A DNA stretch of 43,891 bases. It comes from a virus. The translations under genes and the position numbers were made by a program. The notes beneath the pieces were generated by a model, which saw only the letters and a list, made by a program, of their open reading frames with translations, was not told where the DNA came from and did not search any database. Where the stretch lies: IMG/VR virus record IMGVR_UViG_3300037565_000037, one strand, 5' to 3'. Shown one piece after another: positions 22,927-30,821 of this stretch. The stretch's first letter is position 1. Each line of letters opens with the position of its first letter.

Positions 22927-24192
22927 TCATGCTGCATCCAACTTTGTTGCGCTACGGCGAATCGGCTTCAGGTTCACAGACGCGCGCGACTGCTCACCCT
23001 CTTCCTTGTCCAGCGTGATTGAAATAAGTGACCGTGGAGAGCCGTACTTGCCAGCATGGTGAGCATCAGGTGGGGTAAGCGTCCGCATGCACTCAACGTG
23101 CACACCAAGCACGTCCTTGGCTCGGAAATGGTGAAGGTGCCCATGGAGGAACAAGCGGTAGAGTGTCTGCCCCCAATCCTCTGCACATTCCGTCGCCATA
23201 GACCCGGCCATTTCTTCCGGCTTCATACGGTGGCCGTGGTGCAAGCCGATCAACGTCACGCCCCAACGAGAGAACCAATAATCAGCCTCTGATGTGTCGA
23301 CCGATACTCGCGGCTCATTACGGAAGTGCTCTTGCAATGCAAGCACAAGACCGATCCAAGAATGGAGATCGTGGTTGCCGCGAACGACCTTGATTTTCAC
23401 CTTGTTATGGTGGGAAAGACAGCGATAGGTATGGAGGATTGCAAGCTGCAAACCTGCTTCAGCTGCGCGGTAAAGAGAGCTTGAGACTTGCAAGATATGG
23501 CCGGAACGCGGGGTCATGTTCTTGTCGTCGTCCTGGTGCGTCCAGTCGCCGAGGTAGGCAACCAACGCTGTCCCGCCAGGAGGGGATTTCTGGATTATCT
23601 GGCCCGACTTCTCCGTGAACAGTGCCTGCGCCCGCTCAAGATCGTACTCTTCTCCTGCCTCGTCTGCTGTGGCTCGCATAGACAGGTGCAGATCGGCAAG
23701 CGGATAGATCGTGAGCAGGTTCTCATTGCACGTTTCTGGCGGCTCTGTAGCCTTTAGCCTTGTCCAAGGAAGCGTTTTGACAAAGTCGTTGACCAGCTGA
23801 GTGATCTGGAACGGGGAAAGCTCATCCCAATTGTGCCTAATCCATTCTTTTTCGATTTCGCCACCAGGGCCAACTTGCGTTGTAACCTTCCCGATGACCC
23901 GGCCAGCTGGCAGCTGAAACTCTCCGCCAACTTCATGGGTGTATTTGACCGAACGAGATTTGAGATTACCATTTTTGTCGGTCTGCTCTGAAACCTGCTT
24001 AACCTCAAACCCGTCAGGCGCTTTCGGTGCACGGCCAGTCAGACCGCGCTTCTCAGCCCTTTTGTATTGGTCCCTGATCGTTCTATCGCTCTTGCCAAGC
24101 TCACGGGCGGCAGCGGCACAGCTTCCAAGGGTCTGAACAGCATGAACGATCTTTGTGAGGTATTCGTCTGTAAGTCGGTGTGTGGGTTCCAT
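22927..24192 (-). CDS. N-terminal HTH fused to a calcineurin-like metallophosphoesterase (421 aa)
   Basis: HTH-like CAAAARELGKSDRTIRDQYKRAEK. MPE motifs in order: LADLH, LGDWTHQDDD, RGNHDLH, GLHHGH, LHGHLHH. Confidence 0.7.
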   Translation of the reverse strand: MEPTHRLTDEYLTKIVHAVQTLGSCAAAARELGKSDRTIRDQYKRAEKRGLTGRAPKAPDGFEVKQVSEQTDKNGNLKSRSVKYTHEVGGEFQLPAGRVIGKVTTQVGPGGEIEKEWIRHNWDELSPFQITQLVNDFVKTLPWTRLKATEPPETCNENLLTIYPLADLHLSMRATADEAGEEYDLERAQALFTEKSGQIIQKSPPGGTALVAYLGDWTHQDDDKNMTPRSGHILQVSSSLYRAAEAGLQLAILHTYRCLSHHNKVKIKVVRGNHDLHSWIGLVLALQEHFRNEPRVSVDTSEADYWFSRWGVTLIGLHHGHRMKPEEMAGSMATECAEDWGQTLYRLFLHGHLHHFRAKDVLGVHVECMRTLTPPDAHHAGKYGSPRSLISITLDKEEGEQSRASVNLKPIRRSATKLDAA

Positions 24193-24491
24193 CAGGCGTC
24201 TCCCTGCTTGGTCAGGAGCTTGTTAACCTGAAGCGGGTGAAGCTGCCGGATGACCAGGCAGCCTTTTTCGTTGTGCGTGATGAGGACGCCTTGGCCCTTC
24301 TTGCTCTTGGCGATTATTTCGTGGGGAGATGCGAGGTAGGAGAGAGTGTTGGGGTCTTTGGCAATGCGTTCGTGCCAGAGTTTGGAATCCCAATACTGGA
24401 CGCAGGGCTTTTCTTGAGGAATGGGGAACCCGAGGGCGAAAGCAGCGTGTGTCAGATAGACGTACACGAGTGCAGACAGAATGAGGCGCAT
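24192..24491 (-). CDS. Small secreted protein (99 aa)
   Basis: Signal-peptide-like MRLILSALVYVYLTHAAFA; TGATG coupling to the downstream MPE gene; GGAGG RBS. Confidence 0.6.
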   Translation of the reverse strand: MRLILSALVYVYLTHAAFALGFPIPQEKPCVQYWDSKLWHERIAKDPNTLSYLASPHEIIAKSKKGQGVLITHNEKGCLVIRQLHPLQVNKLLTKQGDA

Positions 24492-24500
24492 GGGGGCCTC

Positions 24501-24743
24501 CTATTTCGGAAGGTTGCCGAGAATTGGGGCGAGTTTGACGAGCGCGCCACCCACCACACTTGAAAGGCCAGCGACGGCAATTAGCGTTCGCCACCCACCT
24601 TTTGCCGATGCCAGGGTTTCGCGGATCTCTCGCAAGTCCGTCATGATCTGGACGTTCTGGGCCTCCTGCTTGGCCATCTGCTTTTGCAGGGATTCTATTT
24701 CCGCCTCTAAACGGCCTATCGTTCTTTGCTCATCTGCTGTCAT
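24501..24743 (-). CDS. Coiled-coil protein with C-terminal TM anchor (80 aa)
   Basis: N-terminal heptads RLEAEIESLQKQMAKQEAQ, C-terminal WRTLIAVAGLSSVVGGALVKLAPIL. Confidence 0.6.
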   Translation of the reverse strand: MTADEQRTIGRLEAEIESLQKQMAKQEAQNVQIMTDLREIRETLASAKGGWRTLIAVAGLSSVVGGALVKLAPILGNLPK

Positions 24744-24978
24744 ACTGGTCTAAGCCTTTCCGTCTCTAGCGGGCGGTTGGGTTAGGGTGGGGTTTCATGT
24801 GCAAGATGAGCCTCACCCGATGGTTTTTATTGAGATTCCTGCGGGATTCTGGTATTAATTTGGTTCAGGCGGCGGCGCTGAAGGAAGCGCAGCGACCAGC
24901 ATGAAAGCATCACCGGGCGGACATATGAACCGTGGTGGCTACTGGCGATAACGCGACCCATAGGAAATAGATGGGAGC

Positions 24979-25007
24979 AGGTATCAAGCCCTGCCCGCCT
25001 GATACCT
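24979..25007 (+). promoter_or_regulatory. Inverted repeat AGGTATCA-13 nt-TGATACCT abutting an RBS
   Basis: Read directly; the arms contain the same GGTAT/ATACC half-site as the immunity operators. Confidence 0.45.
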
Positions 25008-25021
25008 AAGGAGACGAGATT

Positions 25022-25111
25022 GTGCCCCCTGGTGATGCATCTTGGTTTAAGTACGCCTTTATTTTGGCAATCGTGGCGGTGACCATATCAGAGATTTGGA
25101 AGGCCTTCTAA
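25022..25111 (+). CDS. Candidate small membrane peptide (29 aa, GTG start), not in ORF track
   Basis: Own translation (M)PPGDASWFKYAFILAIVAVTISEIWKAF. Preceded by CTAAGGAGACGAGAT, the same 15-mer that precedes the next ORF. Its TAA lies inside that second RBS. Confidence 0.35.
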   Translation: MPPGDASWFKYAFILAIVAVTISEIWKAF

Positions 25112-25120
25112 GGAGACGAG

Positions 25121-25537
25121 ATGAGCGACAAAACCGCGACAAGCATTCTTAATAGAAACTTCGACCTGACGAACCTGCGCCGTTATCGAGCGGATAGCTT
25201 CGCTGCCGCCCTGATGATGGAACTGGACGACGTTTTACCTCACGATGTTGATCGCGGCAGGATTATGGACCGACTTGTTTTTATCTTGAACAAGAACGGC
25301 GCATACTGGACAACAGACGAAGAGCGCTCGAAACTCGGATTTGAACCAAGGGATGATCTGGGCTGGACACCGTCTGAACACATCGCACAACAGAAAAAAC
25401 TTGCAGAAGCTATGCAAATTGCAACCGCTATCTCTGTTGATCCCAACATCCAACGCTACTTCACCGGCAGCCTTTGTCCTTCCCACACTGGCGATTATGA
25501 CCTGCCACCTGCTTTGCAAAAGGAAGATCGTTCTTGA
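25121..25537 (+). CDS. Hypothetical protein (138 aa), moron-like
   Basis: ORF track; strong AAGGAGA RBS; opposite orientation to the flanking operons. Confidence 0.6.
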   Translation: MSDKTATSILNRNFDLTNLRRYRADSFAAALMMELDDVLPHDVDRGRIMDRLVFILNKNGAYWTTDEERSKLGFEPRDDLGWTPSEHIAQQKKLAEAMQIATAISVDPNIQRYFTGSLCPSHTGDYDLPPALQKEDRS

Positions 25538-25673
25538 GGATGTGCTTTCGGGTGGATGAATTCGGCGTCAGCATTGAGTAGCCTGTGCCGTCACTCACAT
25601 TCCCCGTCGTCTGACATGCTGCCGCCAAGGAGCACGCACAAATCAGAAACGTCCATGTCACGAATTTCCGCAT
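25461..25673 (-). CDS. o-spanin candidate (lipoprotein, overlapped type)
   Basis: Lipobox LAAAC after a signal sequence MRKFVTWTFLICACS; starts inside the i-spanin gene in another frame. Confidence 0.55.
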   Translation of the reverse strand: MRKFVTWTFLICACSLAAACQTTGNVSDGTGYSMLTPNSSTRKHILKNDLPFAKQVAGHNRQCGKDKGCR

Positions 25674-25839
25674 CGGTTTCAGCCCTCTCTTTGAGCTGGT
25701 TGATTGTTGCCTGTAGGGATTTGTAGCGCTCGGAAGAAATGCCGTCAGATCGGCCCCTCCAGTAGATACCTCCAGCTATCATGGATAGGACCACAACGGC
25801 GATTGCCATGGTCTGGAGCTTCCCGAGGCCGAACATCAC
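25591..25839 (-). CDS. i-spanin candidate
   Basis: N-terminal TM MAIAVVVLSMIAGGIYW then a coiled-coil; follows the holin with an ATGA overlap. Confidence 0.6.
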   Translation of the reverse strand: MMFGLGKLQTMAIAVVVLSMIAGGIYWRGRSDGISSERYKSLQATINQLKERAETDAEIRDMDVSDLCVLLGGSMSDDGECE

Positions 25840-26033
25840 GAAGCCCTCAGCTTGCGGTATATCTCGACACCAGCCATTACAAAGCCTGTGATAAGACCTG
25901 CAATCTCAGGGTCATCACCAATTAGGCGAATGACGGAATTAACGGCCTCCATATCCAGACCGCCTTTAACCAGCAGAATGCCGAAGACAGTCCCGGCCAG
26001 ATAGCGAAGGACGTTGCGAAGCAGCATGCCCAT
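25836..26033 (-). CDS. Holin candidate (65 aa, 2 TM)
   Basis: Two hydrophobic segments and a charged C-terminus; TAATG overlap with the endolysin stop. Confidence 0.6.
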   Translation of the reverse strand: MGMLLRNVLRYLAGTVFGILLVKGGLDMEAVNSVIRLIGDDPEIAGLITGFVMAGVEIYRKLRAS

Positions 26034-26800
26034 TAGTCGTCATCCCTCTGAATGCGTTTGATGATGTAGTAGGAGCCGAGGCCAATAGCGACGACAACGC
26101 CAAAGGCAAGCGCCCATTGAAGCGGTCCAGGCTCTGTGAACATGCTCAGAATGCCGCCACCGCCGCCGATATACGGGAGCCACGTTTCAGGCTTCTTCAA
26201 GGAGTCGGTGACACCTTTGTCTTCTGGACGGGCCTTTGGAGTAGGAACATCGGACACTGGCATGTCTGTGATAGGAGCATCTGCCGCAAAGCTCTTTGCC
26301 TTGAGGCGAACGTCTGCCACCCGGCGCGACCAGCCCCTACCGAACGTGCTCCAGTGTTTGAGCCGTTTCATGAAGGCAAGGCGGCGGTTGCAAATCTCAT
26401 CAATGATCTGGGAGGAGCTTTTGCCGCAGTCCTGAACGCGCCTCAGTGTCTCGGCACCAACAACGCCATCGACGCCAGCGCCGACAACGCGCTGAAGCTC
26501 TTTAGCCGCACGAGCAGGCCCCGAGTTCACCGAGTAGTCATAGACGCAATAGTCGACACCAGACGGGAGCGCATCCCCCTTCACAGTGTCCCAATACTGA
26601 GTTTTGTAGATCGCCGCAGCTTCATCACGTGACATGGCTTTAACGTCGGCCTTTGTCACCTTCCCACCACGCCATGCAGCGAGCGTGCCAATGGTAATGC
26701 CCCAATTGGTCGCGCCGCCTGGGTCGTTTGGATGATCTACATATCCGCCCTCATGAGCGAACAGCAAAGGCTTCACCCGCTCGAATGTAGCAAGTGCCAT
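26033..26800 (-). CDS. GH108-type endolysin with PG_binding_3-like domain and C-terminal TM segment
   Basis: LLFAHEGGYVDHPNDPGGATNWGIT is the GH108 signature; C-terminal PLQWALAFGVVVAIGLGSYYIIKRIQRDDD is a TM anchor. Confidence 0.8.
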   Translation of the reverse strand: MALATFERVKPLLFAHEGGYVDHPNDPGGATNWGITIGTLAAWRGGKVTKADVKAMSRDEAAAIYKTQYWDTVKGDALPSGVDYCVYDYSVNSGPARAAKELQRVVGAGVDGVVGAETLRRVQDCGKSSSQIIDEICNRRLAFMKRLKHWSTFGRGWSRRVADVRLKAKSFAADAPITDMPVSDVPTPKARPEDKGVTDSLKKPETWLPYIGGGGGILSMFTEPGPLQWALAFGVVVAIGLGSYYIIKRIQRDDD

Positions 26801-26817
26801 AAGTCACCTATTTTGGA

Positions 26818-28305
26818 TTAGAGTTCGACTACAACTGAGCCGTCAGTTTCAGAAGTCGGAGCGCCGTTCTTTGCTCTTACCCGAGATCCTGTCCCGGTAT
26901 TATCCACCCAGAAATGAGTGTTCCCGAGGATCAGCGGATTGAAGGTCCAGCCCGATTGCTGGATGTACAGCTGACGGGCGAGCATCAGTCGGCCATCGGT
27001 CGTCAGGTGTGACCTATCCAGGCCATCCGACAGGCGAATGTTGCGGAAGGCATAAGAGTCCGCCCCATCCCTTCCGTGGTAACTGTCGTGCATGCTGGAG
27101 AAGCCGGAGCCTGTCTGCGTGTGCACCGTCATAGAGATGGCAGGTCCGGGCATGATATAGCCGCCTGACGTGTAGGCATCGCACTGTGTGGTGTCCACGT
27201 CGTTTCCAAGCTCATCGCGAAGCTTGAACGTGTTCGTGGTAGCGTCTGCGACTTGATAGGCTTTCCCATTCAGCTCGGACATCCCAGACACTTGCATCAT
27301 AACGAAATGGTCGCCACTGGACAGCCCGTGGGAGTTGGCCGTTACAACGCCTGGATTTGCCTGTGTGATGTTGCTGATCGGAATAGCAGAACCGGGCTTG
27401 GTCGCCTTGGTGCCGGTATAGACACGGCTTTGAGCGATAACGCTGTTGTTTCCGGTTTCCCTGTGATCGCCATAGCGAGAAAACCATGTGTTGCGCTGGT
27501 TCTTGGAATAATCTTCGACCTTGGCGTTATATTCGCCGCCGTAAACCGTGTTGTAGTCCGTCTGGGTTCTGAAAACGATATCCCTACCCGGGCCTTCCAT
27601 CCGACAGGCGAGGAACATGTTGAAATCACCCTGCATGACTTCAATCTTGATTTCAGCGTTGCCTTCCATGCTCATGCCGATAAACCGGTTATTGTTCGGA
27701 ACGTTGGTCCCGCCAGCATCGATAAACATGTTGCGGACAGTTCCGGCGGCCACGAATGCGCGGCCACCCTGAAAAACGTTTTCGTTTACATATCCTGTGC
27801 CGGTCGGTTTGATGTGGAAGTTGTGAAACCCCGCGATGGCCTGAGGGTTGATATATGTGTTGTATGCGCTCCCGCCTGCTGATGGCGTCCATGCGAAGTT
27901 GTATTTGCTGAACCGGCTTTCCGGGGCGATGACCGTCCCCTGATTGAATGCAAGAAACCTGATGCCGACGTTTTCATTGGCTGTACTCAGAGTTCCCCTG
28001 TCCACCTTTGCCCGTTCAATGTGCATCCGGGTTGGCGAACTTGTGTTGCTGCCGATTGTCAGAGGATTGAGAACATCAGTATCTGGGACAAGCCGGGCAT
28101 TTCCCATAAAGCGAACGGAAAGGTAATCGTCATCAAACGTGATGCCCTCCCCGATCTTGTAAGCGCCGTGAGGGAAAACCAGCTCCTTGCCGAGTTCAAC
28201 AGCAGCAGCCTTTGCCCGGTTGATGGCGTCGTGATCGTATGACTTGCCGTCTTTTACCGCTCCAAAATCGAGCGGCGTGATGAACGGGAGATCGTAGAAC
28301 CGCAT
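26818..28305 (-). CDS. Tailspike / beta-helix depolymerase-like protein
   Basis: N-terminus ITPLDFGAVKDGKSYDHDAINRAKAAA...FPHGAYKIG is pectate-lyase-3-like. C-terminal ITQANPGVVTANSHGLSSGDHFVMMQVSGMSELNGKAY is an SH3-like module seen in tail proteins. Confidence 0.65.
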   Translation of the reverse strand: MRFYDLPFITPLDFGAVKDGKSYDHDAINRAKAAAVELGKELVFPHGAYKIGEGITFDDDYLSVRFMGNARLVPDTDVLNPLTIGSNTSSPTRMHIERAKVDRGTLSTANENVGIRFLAFNQGTVIAPESRFSKYNFAWTPSAGGSAYNTYINPQAIAGFHNFHIKPTGTGYVNENVFQGGRAFVAAGTVRNMFIDAGGTNVPNNNRFIGMSMEGNAEIKIEVMQGDFNMFLACRMEGPGRDIVFRTQTDYNTVYGGEYNAKVEDYSKNQRNTWFSRYGDHRETGNNSVIAQSRVYTGTKATKPGSAIPISNITQANPGVVTANSHGLSSGDHFVMMQVSGMSELNGKAYQVADATTNTFKLRDELGNDVDTTQCDAYTSGGYIMPGPAISMTVHTQTGSGFSSMHDSYHGRDGADSYAFRNIRLSDGLDRSHLTTDGRLMLARQLYIQQSGWTFNPLILGNTHFWVDNTGTGSRVRAKNGAPTSETDGSVVVEL

Positions 28306-28306
28306 A

Positions 28307-29386
28307 TCAGCAGGCCATCACTACGCAAGGGTAGACAAGGATTCCATCCGGGTCTGTTCTTGTCGGGATTGCTGAAGTGATCTTGGCTACGGTCTTATCC
28401 TGCCGGATGCGCTTTAGTTCGCCAGTCTGCGGCCTCGCCGTGCCGTCTCCTGCGCTCTCCATTAGATCGTTGCGGGAGATAGAGACACCGGGACGCACGC
28501 GGATAACAAAATCGCCTGTCATCGCTAGCAGATAGTCTTTGTCGCCATCAGGGCGAACATAAAGACCGGCAACGCCGGGATCTCCTGCCACGTCCGAGAC
28601 AACGAGTTTATTCAGCTGCTCGTTATCTTCTCCTGACCATGAGCACATAGCGTCACGGTTTGACATCACGGTGCCTTTGTAGATCACGCCAAGCTCTGCA
28701 CCATCGAACTGGAACCAACGGGCCAAGTGGCCACCGTTATAAGAGACGGTTGTGCCAGAAACCGAGATTGTCCCTTCAGTCGTCCCCGCGCCGTTAATAG
28801 CGACAACGTTACCGTCGTTGTTTCGGTTGAAGACGGCAGCAATATTGTCTTCACGAGAAACGAAGATGTCACCGAGGGCTCGCGCGCCAAACCCAACTGT
28901 CGTGTTACCAAAGCCTGGAATATCCGTGCCAGACGCAGCGACGAAGAACCCGGTGCTTGTCGTTCTCCACAAATGCGACCCGCCGATAGCGCAACCAATG
29001 GCATTCGTTCCGAACTTGTAGAAGCCGTTATCGGTGTCTGTGGCAAGTCGAAGAGACGGGGCCGATGCAGAGCCATCACCAAAACCAATTGTCGTAAACA
29101 GGCCGGTTGATGCGGATGTCGCACCGATTGTCGTCCCGTCAATTGCGCCGCCATCGATATCGACGCTGCTTGCCGATTGCGTGGAGATAGAACCTAAGCC
29201 GAGATTCGTTCGCGCATCTGCTGCTGTGCTCGCGCCCGTTCCACCGGCAACGATTGGCCTGTCTGTATTCAGATCATCGACAATGTCGTCAATTGTCTGA
29301 TTGTATTTGGCACTCTCGATGGTGGTGTTTGCAACAGCCGTTGTCCCGGCTGGCTTCGAATATACGCCGCTTCCGTTCCTGGGCAT
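28307..29386 (-). CDS. Tail fiber protein
   Basis: N-terminus NGSGVYSKPAGT...DRPIVAGGTGASTAADARTNLGLGS is a recurrent phage tail-fiber motif. Confidence 0.65.
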   Translation of the reverse strand: MPRNGSGVYSKPAGTTAVANTTIESAKYNQTIDDIVDDLNTDRPIVAGGTGASTAADARTNLGLGSISTQSASSVDIDGGAIDGTTIGATSASTGLFTTIGFGDGSASAPSLRLATDTDNGFYKFGTNAIGCAIGGSHLWRTTSTGFFVAASGTDIPGFGNTTVGFGARALGDIFVSREDNIAAVFNRNNDGNVVAINGAGTTEGTISVSGTTVSYNGGHLARWFQFDGAELGVIYKGTVMSNRDAMCSWSGEDNEQLNKLVVSDVAGDPGVAGLYVRPDGDKDYLLAMTGDFVIRVRPGVSISRNDLMESAGDGTARPQTGELKRIRQDKTVAKITSAIPTRTDPDGILVYPCVVMAC

Positions 29387-29462
29387 CGCTTGAGTTCCTG
29401 TAATGCAAGCACAAAAAACGCCCGCATTTCTGCGAGCGCCAAAGGCTTTGAATTTTGGTTGA

Positions 29463-30821
29463 TTAACGGAGCATCAAGTCCGCGTCGGATGGTGCTGAGT
29501 ATTGGCCTTCGCGCATCATCTGAGCGAGAAGGGCCTTTACTATTGCCTGGCGTGTATCCAGCGCCATGGTTTTGGTTGGAGCAGCGGCCAACAGCTCCTC
29601 ATAAAGAGCGGATCTCATACGGGTTGATTTGTCGACCTGTGAAAGTGCGCGTTTTGTAAGCGCGTTGGATACTGCCTTACTGCCTCTGCCGACCAATGCC
29701 GGAATAGCTGCTCCAACAGCTGCGCCCATTGGTGTTCCAGTCGTCGCCGCGCCTACGCCGCCGCCCATCCCAGACGCAATTAAGCCGCCCAGTCCGCCAC
29801 CGCCGCCAAGCGTATTGCCAAGATCGCGGGTGGCGTTGGCCGCTACTGTTCCTTCGACAACGTTTTTTTCGAGGGCGTTAAGCTCGGCTCTTGTAAATCC
29901 AGATCGATCCTTAGCGGAGCCCTTGTTGATGAGTAGTCCGGCAATTCTTTGGCGAGTTGTATTGCCAAGGTTTTTTCCAGAGTTTGCGGCAGCTGCCTGA
30001 AGCTCTGCGTTTCCACGCAGTCCTGTGAGGGTCTCGGAGCGCTTTGCCGCTGCGTAGTTCCTATTCGCCGCCTTGAGAAGGTCCGTGGGAATAGATGGTC
30101 CAGCCACAACGCCATTATCAGCGCCTCCTTCAAACCAATCCATAATGCGGCGGGCAGCATAAGAAGCAGCCCCGGGATCGCTAGAATTGACGAGATCAGG
30201 CTTGGCCCCTTGTTGACCGAGCTGTTTTCTGGCTGCGTTGATGCCTGTGGCAAAAGGGACGGTAGCCCCTTCTTGTGCGTTTTGGAGCCTGCTGAGCTTT
30301 CTGAACGTTTTGGGAGCATCTTCAGGGCCGACAAACCTTTTCTGGATCAGTTCATTCTGAATAGCCGTGGACAGATCGTCAACGGACTTTGCAGAGAACT
30401 CAGTACCTGCCCTGTTAAGTTGTTCATATACTGGTTTTGCGGCTGCTTTCAACTCCTCGGCAGTCGGAACCTTTGGCTTGGCCTTATATTTATTGGAGAA
30501 AATACCGGCACCAGAGGCGGTATTGCGCATTGAAGGCGTCATCGGGGAAACGACCGCGCCCATTTCAAAAGCGCGCGCAATACCCTCGTCTGAGGTCGGG
30601 TTGACCTCGCCCCGCATTACCTCTCCAGGCAGCGTTACAGCCCGTTTAACGGCTCCGGTGATGCCGGAGTCGATGTCAAAGCGCACACTGCCGTCGTCGT
30701 ATCTGGTCAGAGGGAAGATGCCGCTTCGATACTCAACTTGCGACCCCTGCCCTGCCTGTTTGGCGGCTGTGAACGGATTTCCGCCGCCACCCGCTTTTTT
30801 TGCTTCTGTGAACGGGTTCAT
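29463..30821 (-). CDS. Internal virion / ejection protein with Gly-rich hydrophobic segment
   Basis: Position between the lytic ejection protein and the fibers; GGGGLGGLIASGMGGGVGAATTGTPMGAAVGAAIP. Confidence 0.5.
   Translation of the reverse strand: MNPFTEAKKAGGGGNPFTAAKQAGQGSQVEYRSGIFPLTRYDDGSVRFDIDSGITGAVKRAVTLPGEVMRGEVNPTSDEGIARAFEMGAVVSPMTPSMRNTASGAGIFSNKYKAKPKVPTAEELKAAAKPVYEQLNRAGTEFSAKSVDDLSTAIQNELIQKRFVGPEDAPKTFRKLSRLQNAQEGATVPFATGINAARKQLGQQGAKPDLVNSSDPGAASYAARRIMDWFEGGADNGVVAGPSIPTDLLKAANRNYAAAKRSETLTGLRGNAELQAAAANSGKNLGNTTRQRIAGLLINKGSAKDRSGFTRAELNALEKNVVEGTVAANATRDLGNTLGGGGGLGGLIASGMGGGVGAATTGTPMGAAVGAAIPALVGRGSKAVSNALTKRALSQVDKSTRMRSALYEELLAAAPTKTMALDTRQAIVKALLAQMMREGQYSAPSDADLMLR

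Noticed and set aside
19600-25500. Known defence or anti-defence hallmarks in the accessory region (reverse transcriptase, CRISPR/Cas, toxin-antitoxin pairs, restriction-modification)
   Set aside because: None of these signatures could be recognised by eye in the translated ORFs. Only the uncharacterised operon at 22927..24743 remains as a candidate.
29740-29830. GCC/GGC-rich repetitive DNA
   Set aside because: It encodes the Gly-rich hydrophobic segment of the 452-aa ejection protein. This is compositional bias, not a repeat element.
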